Shown here piece after piece: positions 52,853 to 62,570 of a stretch of DNA of 64,000 bases. Below the pieces are notes generated by a model. That model was not told the DNA's origin. It ran no database searches and saw only the letters and a program-made list of their open reading frames with translations. The DNA is from Candidatus Latescibacterota bacterium (GTDB lineage Bacteria; Latescibacterota; UBA2968; UBA8231): contig CBDCDC010000001.1 of NCBI GenBank assembly GCA_965215195.1, forward strand, positions 320,001 through 384,000, read 5' to 3'. Position 1 is the first letter of the stretch, and every line of letters begins with the position of its first letter. The position numbers were made by a program, and so were the translations under genes.

Positions 52853-52972
52853 CTATTCTAGCGCGGCCCCGGCCAAATGCGGGCCGTTGTACAGCAACTC
52901 AACGCGCTGGAGCAACCACCCGCTCGCGACCGTGATGCCGACGATGAGCAATGCCAAGCGCAGCGCGGCCAT
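52853..52972 (-). pseudogene. Truncated original 5' end of the DUF6785-like gene
   Basis: 52864-52963 is identical (100 bp) to 50279-50378; ATG sits just after the FtsX stop; ends after 39 aa. Confidence 0.92.
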
Positions 52973-52974
52973 GC

Positions 52975-55900
52975 TCACGCCCGCTCCCAACGCGGCAGTT
53001 GCTCGGCGTAGTAGCGGCGACTATCCGCGTCCAAGGTGCGCCAGATCAAGAACTGCTTGCGCACGTCGTCCAAAAAGGTGCGCACCACTCGCTGCCACGT
53101 CGCCAAATCTCCAGCCACCAGCACCAAGTCAACGTGAATATCGCAATAGTGCGGATCCGCGCTTGGGCTTATTTCCATGACAGTCTGCTGCACCACGCCT
53201 TGGTCAAACGGCGCCAACCACACCTGCGCCGCCACGCGCAGCCGATCGCCGACCTGTTCCACCGCCAACGCTTCGACGTAAAATCCCGCCCCTATGGACT
53301 GCTCCTGATTGGCCGCCCACGCTTCGGCTTGGAATGCCGCCATGCCGAGGGCTTCGCGCCGCGCCAGCGAGAAGGGCAGTTGTACGCGCAAGTGCTCGCC
53401 TTCGACGAAGGGCAGCTTCCACCGCCGTTCAATCCCGGGCGTACAGATTCGCCCGGCCATGCGCGCCGGATAGAGCGCCGACGCCACCACTAACAGCGCG
53501 ATCGCGCCTACGGTGAGCACCGCCCCCAGCGACGAGTAATTCAGTTCCAAGCCGGGCAAAAAGCCCCCCTGACTCAACAGCTGGGCCGCGCCTTGCCCTA
53601 GCAAATACCCTGCGACCGTGCCGACCACGCCCAAAGCCACTGCTTCGGCCATGAACAGCCCGCTGACGTGCCCGGGGGCTAAGCCGACCGCGTTAAAGGT
53701 GCCGATTTCCCGCGTCCGCTCGTACACGGCCCCGAGCATGGTGTTGAACACGATCAACGCGGCGATCAGCAGCGGCACGATCAGCGATCCCCACCCAGAC
53801 ACGGACGCCACCCCAACCGAATTGACGAGCAAACGCTGCCCGCCCAAGCCGGCGAACAGGTTCAAATCCAAGGTCTCCGCCAATTCCTCTATTGCGTCGC
53901 GCTGCTCCTCGGGCGTCCCTCCGAGCCGAATCCCCACGGACGCCAGCCGCACCCCTTCCCACCGCATCAACGCGGCAAACGGCAAGACCGGCGTCGCCGA
54001 GGCCGGCAAATGGGCAAAGGGCCGCAACTTCCCCCCCTGTTCGCGTCCTACTTCCGCTTCCGAGGGTTGTTGCGCCTCTGGATCCAACGGGGTCAGGGGC
54101 TCGCCATTCAAATCGAGCCGGTCCAGCGCGTCATCGGCGAGCAATCCAACGACCCGAAACACTTCCCCAAAAACCCGAACCCGCTCCAATCCCCCGGCGC
54201 TTACCCCCAGAGAATCCGCCAATCCCACCGGCAACAGGCAGGCGTCCTCTTCGCCGGGCCGCAGCCACCGCCCAGCTACCACCTGCGGCCCGAGCAAATC
54301 CTCCTCTTGCGCCGCCAACCCGACGAACCCCCAGACCCCAACCGCCCTCCCGTCCTCGTCGTCCCGCTCGACTCGGTAGGACGACGCCAGCGATTTTACC
54401 GACAGCCACGCCCGCGGCGCGACCTGCTCGTCGCCAAACCAATCGCGCAACAGGTCGTAGCCTTCCACTTCCATGGCCTGCCAGCCCGGCATCCGCACCA
54501 ACGCCCCCGCGTACGCTGCGTCCGCGCCAATCGCAATCCAATTGGCGTGCAGGGCAGCGCGGACCGACGTGAAGGACAGCACGGCAAAAGTCAACAGCAC
54601 CAGCGTTGCGCAGGTCAGCCCGGTGCGCCACGGCCGCCGCCGCAAATGCGCCAACCCCACCGCCACCGAAGTCAACACCGCGCCCGACCGCTGTACCGCG
54701 ACCTGCCCGCGCCTAGTGCCCAACGCCTGCAACTCCCGATTTAAGCGCGACATCCCCAAGGCCGTGACCAAAATCCCCAACGCCAAGATGACGAAGCCGA
54801 GCAGAATGATGGCCGGCGAGATCGACAAATCAAAGGCCGGATGCACGTAGCGCAGGGCGACAAAGCCAACGAGAAAGAGCGCGAAATACCCCAAGACCTG
54901 TCGCCGCAAGTCGGCAAAGCCAAACGCCAACCGCTCGGCAAAGTGGGCAAAGGGAATCAGCACCGCCAACAAAAAGAGCGCGGCCTGCACCACCCCAGCT
55001 TGCGTCCGCTCCACGTCCCGATAGGCCGCCGCAGCCAGCGCCCAAGCGCGCCGCGCCCGATCGCCAAAGTCTCGGTGCCGATGCTCGGCCCGCGCCGCTT
55101 CCGCTTGTGCGAGCAACCCGGCCGACCGCTCGTGAAAGGCCGCCAACCGCTCATTGTGCACGCCGTGTCGCTCCAGCCGGCCAATCCGCTCGCCATTGAG
55201 CACGTGCATATCAACAGCCACTCGATACACCGTCTCCACGACGCGCCCCTTCCCATCGACCGCATAGCCCACCCCACTCGGAACATCCTCCGTCCCATTG
55301 AGCAACAGCAGGCGTCGCCCCAACCCATAGCGGCCCGTCGCCATCACGGCCTTGAACCGCGCCGCGGGCGGTGTAAAAATCACGGCGACCGGTTCCGTCC
55401 ACGACCCCACCCGATTCTCATAGCTGAATAGCTCCATTTCTGGAGCCGTCAGCGGCAGGCAGGCCCCGTACACCACCGGCTCGGCTTCAAGTGCCGCGTC
55501 AATCGCCTGTACGCGCTCCAAGGTCAACAAATTGCGCGGATCAAAAATCCCAAACAGCGCGGTCCCGCGCAGCGGTGCGGTGACGATCTGCACCTCTTTC
55601 TCGGCACCATCCATCAGTACCGTCAGTGCGCGCCCCGGCAACTTGCGCTCGCCGTTGATCCCCCAGTCCGGCGCATCCGTCACCGCCCCGGTCTCCGCAT
55701 TGAGCCGATACGCCTCCAACCGCACCCGCTTCGTGTAGATGATTCCAGATTCAACTCCGGGAATGGCAAACCGCCCCGAATCGTCGGCCGCCGCCCAAAA
55801 ATCCGGCCGCACCCCCGCCAACGTCGGCTGGCGCAGCCGCACCCGCACCAATGCCCCGGCCGTCGGCTGATCCGGCAGATAGCTGCGCGGCCCGTAGTGG

Positions 55901-57348
55901 ACCACCTCTCCGCGAATAGTGCCAAACGCATCGTTGCCCCAAGCCCACGGCTCTAGGTCCGGGTCGTCAATGAGCGCGGGCAGCACGGCCCGCAGCAGCG
56001 CGACTTGACCGGCCAACCAGCCAAAGCGCACGGCCTCGGGACGGTCGTCGGGCGCGTCAAAGCGGGCGCGGCTGTCGTTGACCGTGCAAAAGGCCAACGC
56101 CGGGCATCCGGCGAGGGCCGCTACGGCCGCATCCAGCGGCACCGTCAGCCCCATTCCCCCCAAACCTTGGCGGGCAAAGTCCTGCTTCAGGCCATTGACC
56201 AGCACCCGCTCGCCCCCCAACGCGGAATTTTCGTACGCCGTTACCAGCTTTAGCAACCGCTCGGTGATCGGCGGCGCGAGCAAGGAGACGCGATACGGTG
56301 CTCGCGGGTTGAACGCCCCGAGCCGCGGGCTGTGCGACGACAGATCCAAGCCCGCAAAAAAGCGCGTTTCCAGCGCGCTGAGCCGCCGCAAGAGCGCGGT
56401 CTCCTCCACCCCGCCCTCCCGCTGCCCGGCAGCCGCCAACAACAACGGCGCGAAATGGCGCATCCCCGCCATGTTCTGGAAGTGCCCGGCCGTCCACAGC
56501 AACGCGACCGTGCGCTTGGGCGGCCGTGCGGCGAGCACTCGGGCCAGTTCCAACAGCGCGGCCGCACTCCCGGCTTGCTCGGCCCCCGGTGCTAACGCTG
56601 GCACCGGCGACATAGCGTCGTAATGCGCGGCGAGGAAGACAATCTCCTCCGCCAGCGTCGCGTCTTGCCCGGGAATCACGGCGATCAAATTCTGCGCGGT
56701 CACCTCCCGCCACGCCATCCGCCCCCGCAAGCGCACCTGCGCCCGCGACCTTTCCAGCACCCGCAAGCGTTCCGCCGCGTCTTTGCGGGCGTAGAGCCGC
56801 GGCAAGTCGGCCGGCACATCGAGGAACTTTTGCTCGGCTTCCTTGCGATGCGCCCCGGCCGATTCCAAAAACACCACGGCCGCCGCCCCCAAGTGAAACG
56901 CATCCACCCAAGCTGTGCCCGAAGCATAGTCGAGGAGGACGATCCGCCCGGCCACCGGCTGCCCTTCGAGTCGGCGGCCATCTCCGCCATACACCAACTC
57001 CCCCTCAATCCCCTTGGCCGGCAGGGTTGGCGTCCGCACCAAATTGGGCCAGACCCCGAACAATTCGAGCCGCTCTCCGGCGCATTCGAGCCAGAACCCC
57101 TCGTCGATCGGCACCAACACCGGAAACTCGTGCCGGTAGAATTCTGCCACCCCCAGCCTCTCTAGCTCGGCGACCAGCCACTCGCGGGCCGCTGTGGCCC
57201 CGGGATAGCCCGTCATCCGCGAGGCAGGTGCGGAGAGCGTCTCCACGGTGCGCCGCAGACGCGCTTCCATCTCGGATCCGGCGGCTAAGGACGGGCTTAG
57301 GAACCAAGCGGCCGAGAGCAGTGCGCCTATAAAAGGGAAAACCCCCAA
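52975..57348 (-). CDS. Giant M28-peptidase-like / FtsX-like permease fusion protein
   Basis: Signal peptide, PA-like region, AAHYDA..APGAE, LRRRPWRTGLT, VYERTREIG..AVG..F.AE; start probably TTG 57348. Confidence 0.8.
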   Translation of the reverse strand: MGVFPFIGALLSAAWFLSPSLAAGSEMEARLRRTVETLSAPASRMTGYPGATAAREWLVAELERLGVAEFYRHEFPVLVPIDEGFWLECAGERLELFGVWPNLVRTPTLPAKGIEGELVYGGDGRRLEGQPVAGRIVLLDYASGTAWVDAFHLGAAAVVFLESAGAHRKEAEQKFLDVPADLPRLYARKDAAERLRVLERSRAQVRLRGRMAWREVTAQNLIAVIPGQDATLAEEIVFLAAHYDAMSPVPALAPGAEQAGSAAALLELARVLAARPPKRTVALLWTAGHFQNMAGMRHFAPLLLAAAGQREGGVEETALLRRLSALETRFFAGLDLSSHSPRLGAFNPRAPYRVSLLAPPITERLLKLVTAYENSALGGERVLVNGLKQDFARQGLGGMGLTVPLDAAVAALAGCPALAFCTVNDSRARFDAPDDRPEAVRFGWLAGQVALLRAVLPALIDDPDLEPWAWGNDAFGTIRGEVVHYGPRSYLPDQPTAGALVRVRLRQPTLAGVRPDFWAAADDSGRFAIPGVESGIIYTKRVRLEAYRLNAETGAVTDAPDWGINGERKLPGRALTVLMDGAEKEVQIVTAPLRGTALFGIFDPRNLLTLERVQAIDAALEAEPVVYGACLPLTAPEMELFSYENRVGSWTEPVAVIFTPPAARFKAVMATGRYGLGRRLLLLNGTEDVPSGVGYAVDGKGRVVETVYRVAVDMHVLNGERIGRLERHGVHNERLAAFHERSAGLLAQAEAARAEHRHRDFGDRARRAWALAAAAYRDVERTQAGVVQAALFLLAVLIPFAHFAERLAFGFADLRRQVLGYFALFLVGFVALRYVHPAFDLSISPAIILLGFVILALGILVTALGMSRLNRELQALGTRRGQVAVQRSGAVLTSVAVGLAHLRRRPWRTGLTCATLVLLTFAVLSFTSVRAALHANWIAIGADAAYAGALVRMPGWQAMEVEGYDLLRDWFGDEQVAPRAWLSVKSLASSYRVERDDEDGRAVGVWGFVGLAAQEEDLLGPQVVAGRWLRPGEEDACLLPVGLADSLGVSAGGLERVRVFGEVFRVVGLLADDALDRLDLNGEPLTPLDPEAQQPSEAEVGREQGGKLRPFAHLPASATPVLPFAALMRWEGVRLASVGIRLGGTPEEQRDAIEELAETLDLNLFAGLGGQRLLVNSVGVASVSGWGSLIVPLLIAALIVFNTMLGAVYERTREIGTFNAVGLAPGHVSGLFMAEAVALGVVGTVAGYLLGQGAAQLLSQGGFLPGLELNYSSLGAVLTVGAIALLVVASALYPARMAGRICTPGIERRWKLPFVEGEHLRVQLPFSLARREALGMAAFQAEAWAANQEQSIGAGFYVEALAVEQVGDRLRVAAQVWLAPFDQGVVQQTVMEISPSADPHYCDIHVDLVLVAGDLATWQRVVRTFLDDVRKQFLIWRTLDADSRRYYAEQLPRWERA

Positions 57349-57990
57349 AGGCCCGCGGCCCCGGAGGGATTCCCTATTTTTCGGTTGTAATAACACAAAG
57401 CAAACTCTTGCGTTTGAACGAATTAACCTTCCGGTTGTCTGTGCAATTTGGCAAGCCGCTGGGCATTCTCGTCGAGCATAATAGGTTGTCGGCGGTAGAT
57501 TCGATGGGCTAATGTCGTTGCTAGGGTGTGCGTAGAGAAAGCGGGAGTATGAAGGAAGGGGTTGCGCCCTTGAGCCGACTTCTAATGACGCGGTGCATTC
57601 GGTCCCGCCGCTTTGACGACGAGCGGGAAAATGAAAAAAAAATCCAGTATCAGCAAGACCCCGAGGCGGCATCCGGTTGGCCTGCTTCGAGACGCCGCTG
57701 ATTTAGATGGTGCGCTTAAAAGCCTGCGTCCGTGCAAACGGGTGGCGCAGCTTGTCTTGCTCGCGGGAAGGACTACCGTTTGCTCAACACAACCCAAGCA
57801 TGCTCCAGCTCAACTGGAGGCGAGTTTTCAGAAGGCTTCTAAGTGTTTATACTTGCGAAGGAGCGGCGACTAAGAAAACGCCTTGACACACCGGATGGCG
57901 GATTGCGATTACGGGCGTAAGGAATGCGAGCCATCCGCTTCAACACAAAGAGGAAGACGCCTAGCGGGCCAACGCCCCAAGGCAAGACCG

Positions 57991-59544
57991 ATGACAGAGG
58001 CCAGACGCAAGCTGCCCATCGGCATCCAGACCTTCCGCGAGATTCGCGAGGACAACTGCTACTACGTGGACAAAACCGCCTACCTGTGGCGGCTGGTGAA
58101 AGAGGGCAAGCACTATTTCCTCGCCCGCCCGCGCCGGTTCGGCAAGAGCCTCCTCATTGATACCCTCAAGGAGTTATTCGAAGGCAACGAGCCCCTGTTC
58201 GAGAGGCTGGCTATCTACGAGTGCTGGAACTGGTCGGTGCGCCATCCGGTCGTGCGCCTGAGTTTCGGCGGCGGCAACTTCAAGGAGCCGGGCTATCTAC
58301 AGGCGAACCTCATGGAGCAACTGGCCGCCATCGAACGCCGGGCGCAGGTGACCTCCGAATACGCCACGACGCCGGGGCGTTTCGCCTATTTGTTGGAGGC
58401 ACTCCACGAACAAACCGGCCAACCCGTCGCGGTGCTGATCGACGAATACGACAAGCCGATTCTGGACGCGCTGGAGGTGTCGGAGGTCGGCCGGGCCAAC
58501 CGCGATTTTCTGCGCGGCGTCTATGCGGTCATCAAGGACAGCGACGCCCACGTCAAGTTCACCCTGCTGACCGGGGTGAGCAAATTCTCCAAGGTCAGCC
58601 TCTTTTCGGGTCTCAACAACCTCAACGACATCACGCTGGATCCGCGCTACTCAGCCCTGTGCGGGTACACCGACGCGGACTTGGACACCGTGTTCGCGGC
58701 GGAACTGCCCGGCCTAGACCGAGAGGCGATTCGGCACTGGTACAATGGCTACAACTGGCTGGGCGAGGAAAAGGTCTATAACCCCTTTGACATCCTCCTG
58801 CTGTTTGACCGCCGCCGGTTCGGGGCCTACTGGTTTGAGACCGGCACGCCGACATTTCTGCTCGAGACGCTGGTGGAGCGCGAGGTGGGTGCCTTGGCCT
58901 TGGAAGACATGCTCGGCAGCGACGCGTTGCTATCTACCTTCGACGTAGATCACATCGCGACCGAGGCCCTGCTGTTCCAGACCGGCTACCTCACCATTCT
59001 CCGCACTGAGCCGCGCGCCGGCGAGATGTACTACCGGTTGGGCTACCCCAACCAAGAGGTGCGCCAAAGCCTGAACAGGAGTCTGCTAAACCGCCTGATG
59101 GTGAACCCGGCACACCGGGTCAAGCACGGCGCACGCCTGTACGACCTGCTGCTGGTCAACGACTTCGCCGGCTTAGAAACGCTGTTTAAGGCGTTCTTCG
59201 CCGGCATCCCCTACCAGTGGCATACCAAAAACAACCTCGCCGACTACGAGGGCTACTACGCCAGCGTGTTCTATTCCTGCTTTGCGGCGCTGGGGCTGGA
59301 TGTGATCGTGGAGGACAGTAGTAGCCATGGCCGCTTGGACATGGCGGTGGTATTCAACGACGCGGTGTACCTGTTTGAGTTCAAGGTGGTCGAATCGGCC
59401 GCCGAGGGGACGGCGCTGGCGCAGTTGCGGGCGCGGGGCTACGCGGACAAGTACCGCGGGTCGGGTCGGCCGATTCATCTGATCGCGGTAGAATTCAGCA
59501 AGGAGACCCGCAACGTGGCGGCCTTAGAGGTGGCGCAGGCGTGA
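57991..59544 (+). CDS. AAA-ATPase-like / PD-(D/E)XK protein, paralog of 16998-18536
   Basis: LPIGIQTF, RPRRFGKS, IDEYDKP, GRLDMAV...FEFK. Confidence 0.9.
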   Translation: MTEARRKLPIGIQTFREIREDNCYYVDKTAYLWRLVKEGKHYFLARPRRFGKSLLIDTLKELFEGNEPLFERLAIYECWNWSVRHPVVRLSFGGGNFKEPGYLQANLMEQLAAIERRAQVTSEYATTPGRFAYLLEALHEQTGQPVAVLIDEYDKPILDALEVSEVGRANRDFLRGVYAVIKDSDAHVKFTLLTGVSKFSKVSLFSGLNNLNDITLDPRYSALCGYTDADLDTVFAAELPGLDREAIRHWYNGYNWLGEEKVYNPFDILLLFDRRRFGAYWFETGTPTFLLETLVEREVGALALEDMLGSDALLSTFDVDHIATEALLFQTGYLTILRTEPRAGEMYYRLGYPNQEVRQSLNRSLLNRLMVNPAHRVKHGARLYDLLLVNDFAGLETLFKAFFAGIPYQWHTKNNLADYEGYYASVFYSCFAALGLDVIVEDSSSHGRLDMAVVFNDAVYLFEFKVVESAAEGTALAQLRARGYADKYRGSGRPIHLIAVEFSKETRNVAALEVAQA

Positions 59545-59786
59545 ATCCTCTCACCAGACTGCAAGTGCCTTATTCGGTATCGCTTTCCACCATCTACTCA
59601 CCCTAGGGGCGTTCGCGTTTCTCGCCGGTTTGGGTTGCGCGATGGCACCGGTCCTCGCCCAGACGCGGCACTTTGGGCGGCGGATAGGACTGCTCCGCGA
59701 CGAACCGGTCAAGGGGAGTTCCAACCGCGCTTTTGGCCTCGTCTTTGCCCTTGTGTTTCGCTAAGATCTCCCAATTGCAAACGTCC

Positions 59787-61223
59787 TCACCCCCACAGCT
59801 TAGGCAGCTGCTCCCGCAGCGTGACAAACGAGAAATAGCCAAAGAAGGCGCAGGCCCAAAGCAAGGCCACAAAGCGCGTCGGGTGCATGGCCAGCGCCCC
59901 TTTGAGTACGCGGTTGTTCTGCCACAAGAGCAATACCGAGTACAGCAGCATGACCCCGGCGTTGAGCGAAGCACTCAAGACCAGCAACTGCACCGGCTTG
60001 TTGTAGTCCGACAGCATAATCAGCACACCGAAGAGGATCTGCGCCCACAGCAGGAGGAAGTAGAGCCGGTTCCGCGTCCACTTGGCGTGGGCGCGCAGCC
60101 AGTTGGTCTTGACGATGTCGGTGGAGATGCGCGCACAGGCGTCCAACAGCCCCAGCTCGGTCGTCAGCAAAATGGCGATGCCCATCCAGTTGAAAAGGTG
60201 TTTGAAAAAGCCGCCGCGCTCCTGCGCGATAAAGTCGCCCTCGGTGCCGATAAACCCCAAGCCCTGTTCCAACCCAGGTGCCTGTCTCGTGGTGGCGTAG
60301 GCAATGAGCGACAGCAGCATCAGCGACAGAGCCGAGAGCGCGTAGAAGGTGACCAAATGCTCGCGGTTGGCCGCCTGCCACCAGCCGCGCCAGCGCCGCA
60401 TGTTCTCCGGCGTCTGCTCAAAGTGGTAGCCGATAGCACCCACGGCTTCTTCCCGCCCGGTCAGGGGGCTGGTCAGCCGCCCCACGTACGCGCCCATGGC
60501 ATAGCCTTTGTCGCGGACGAAATCGCTCTGCGCCAAGTTCATCGTCCCGCCGGCACCCGCAAAGGCCAAGGCGCCCAAAAAGAGCGGCAACTCCATCTCC
60601 TCTGGGATATGGCCGATATTGACGATGCCCTTGCACAGGTCCCACACGTGGCTAGGCTCTACTACCAAAAAGAAAATGACCAACAGCAGGACCAGCACCG
60701 CCGCGATCAGCACCGTCTGGATGCGCTCCACTGTATGGTACACCACCGGACCCAAACTCAGCGCCAGCCCGACCAACAACAGGCTGGCGATCGAATAGCC
60801 GACTCGCACGCTCTCGTCGCCGCCCAATTCCCAAGTCAGAATGGTCGCCGCCCCGGACGCCCAGCCCGGCCACATCCACGGGACCACATTGCACAAGAGA
60901 AAAACCCCGGCCCAGCCCGGCCATAGGCGGCAAAACCCAGTCACCGCGGTCTCGCCGGTAGCGAGGGTCCAGCGCTCGATTTCCATGTTGATGAAGTACT
61001 GGGTCAGCACCCCTACCATGCAGGCCCAAAACACTGCGAAGCCGAACTTGTACGTTATATAGGGCCAGAGCACGAACTCCCCGCTGCCCAGCGAAAGCCC
61101 CAAGAGCAGGATGCTCGGGCCGACCAACTTGCGCCAGTGGGGCGGCTCGGGGAGGTCGCGGTAGTGCCCTGCCGGCAGCCGATCGCAGGGGATTACCTCG
61201 TGCGGCACGGGTTTCGTGGTCAT
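59787..61223 (-). CDS. Nramp-like (APC fold) membrane transporter
   Basis: GPSILLLGLSLGSGE, EIERWTLATGE, AGAGG, RDKGYAMG; about 11 TM helices. Confidence 0.75.
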   Translation of the reverse strand: MTTKPVPHEVIPCDRLPAGHYRDLPEPPHWRKLVGPSILLLGLSLGSGEFVLWPYITYKFGFAVFWACMVGVLTQYFINMEIERWTLATGETAVTGFCRLWPGWAGVFLLCNVVPWMWPGWASGAATILTWELGGDESVRVGYSIASLLLVGLALSLGPVVYHTVERIQTVLIAAVLVLLLVIFFLVVEPSHVWDLCKGIVNIGHIPEEMELPLFLGALAFAGAGGTMNLAQSDFVRDKGYAMGAYVGRLTSPLTGREEAVGAIGYHFEQTPENMRRWRGWWQAANREHLVTFYALSALSLMLLSLIAYATTRQAPGLEQGLGFIGTEGDFIAQERGGFFKHLFNWMGIAILLTTELGLLDACARISTDIVKTNWLRAHAKWTRNRLYFLLLWAQILFGVLIMLSDYNKPVQLLVLSASLNAGVMLLYSVLLLWQNNRVLKGALAMHPTRFVALLWACAFFGYFSFVTLREQLPKLWG

Positions 61224-61849
61224 CTTGTCCGTTCCTTGGTAGTCATCGCAGCAAGGCGAGCTTGCGCAGGACCGTCGAACTTGCCAGCGCGGCGGCGCGG
61301 CGTGTGTGGAAAGGAGGATTTGTGCTTGGCGAAGAATGCTTCCAGATCGAACTCTGCGACTGTTTGGTCGCGGGTGCGCTTAGGAAACCAGTAATCCAAT
61401 TTATCAAGACAGTTCTTGCAGACTTTGAGACGCGCCTTCCCATCTATGCGCACTCCAGTGTTATAGTCGTATCCCTTGATGTAAAATTCCCTACTCAAAT
61501 CGTTCGTCACAACGTAGCGTTCATATCGCCCATCGCTGTGCATCTCCCTCAAGGTCCGACAATAAGCAACGTGGAACTTGTTTCCGTCCTGCCTATTGTC
61601 AAGGACATCCTGAATTCTCGACCCGTGATCTTGAATATAAAGCAAGACCTGACGGCCTTTATATGTGAGTAACCCATTATCAGTCGAGCCTACTTCGGAC
61701 GAGTCAACTTCTATACCTTCTTCTATTTCGACGTCGATGGGATCGATCTGGGCCATTTCCCTTCGGACGACAAAACTGGGCTCCACGGCATCCGCGCCCA
61801 TGCGGTGGACTGCGGCGTACAAACTCGTGAAATCCACGTTGAGATGCAC
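61220..61849 (-). pseudogene. zorE: Zorya type II ZorE, truncated before the HNH domain
   Basis: YKGRQVLLYIQDH, KFHVAYCRTLREM, LKVCKNCL, FDLEAFF match the ZorE N-terminal half as recalled; no HNH motif. Confidence 0.8.
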
Positions 61850-61856
61850 GATTAGC

Positions 61857-62570
61857 TCATTCCGTCAAAATTTTGCGAATCTGGAACTCCGCGTTCGTAA
61901 CCACGCGGAACACAACCCGGCGCGACGCATCCCGATCTTCGTGCCCAGCCTCGTCAAAGACGAGCCGAGAAAAGGAAAAACCCACCGCTACTACGTTGGC
62001 CTTTATCCACGCCTGATCTTCGGTGGCCGCCGGAACATTGTAAATGTACTCCAGCACCGACCGGGTCCGCCCCTGCGACAGCCACATGTTCTTGAAATAC
62101 ACTTCGGCTTCTCCGGTGGCCGCATCCCAATCGCTTGAAGTGTGTCCCTCAATACGCACCTCTTCAATAGCATCCTCGAATTGCTTGATCACCGTCAAGT
62201 AGCGCGGGAAAAAGTCGTTCAATATCTCCACAAAACGCGGCTGTAGCTCAATTTTCCCGGTCTCGAACAGCACTTCCGGCGACTTGAATTCGATCGCCAA
62301 CGTCGCCGCATTGAGCTCGGCCTCCCACTTGGGCAAATCGCTTGCAAATTCTTTCCACAAGGCGCGATTGATCGCCTCCTGTCCGTCGCGATAGGCCACT
62401 GCCACTTCCTTGATCTTGTCGCGTTCAATAAAGGCCGTACGCATCAACGCTATCGAGATAAAAAGAAAAACCATCATCAGACCGGCCATCAGATCCGAGA
62501 TCGTCATCCAGTGCTCGCCCTCCTGTTGGGTCGGTCGCGTTCCCAACAGAGACCTCATCTGTGCATTCAA
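61857..62570 (-). CDS. zorB: Zorya ZorB (MotB/OmpA-like)
   Basis: WMTISDLMAGLMMVFLFI, IEGHTSSDW, LSQGR, SRRVVF. Confidence 0.9.
   Translation of the reverse strand: MNAQMRSLLGTRPTQQEGEHWMTISDLMAGLMMVFLFISIALMRTAFIERDKIKEVAVAYRDGQEAINRALWKEFASDLPKWEAELNAATLAIEFKSPEVLFETGKIELQPRFVEILNDFFPRYLTVIKQFEDAIEEVRIEGHTSSDWDAATGEAEVYFKNMWLSQGRTRSVLEYIYNVPAATEDQAWIKANVVAVGFSFSRLVFDEAGHEDRDASRRVVFRVVTNAEFQIRKILTE

Noticed and set aside
50380-52863. Complete retron
   Set aside because: No RT (no YADD-type protein) and no identifiable msr-msd in the cassette.
57349-57672. N-terminal 108 aa of the 1565-aa ORF
   Set aside because: Atypical composition, and it lies upstream of a clear signal peptide; probably an artefactual extension.
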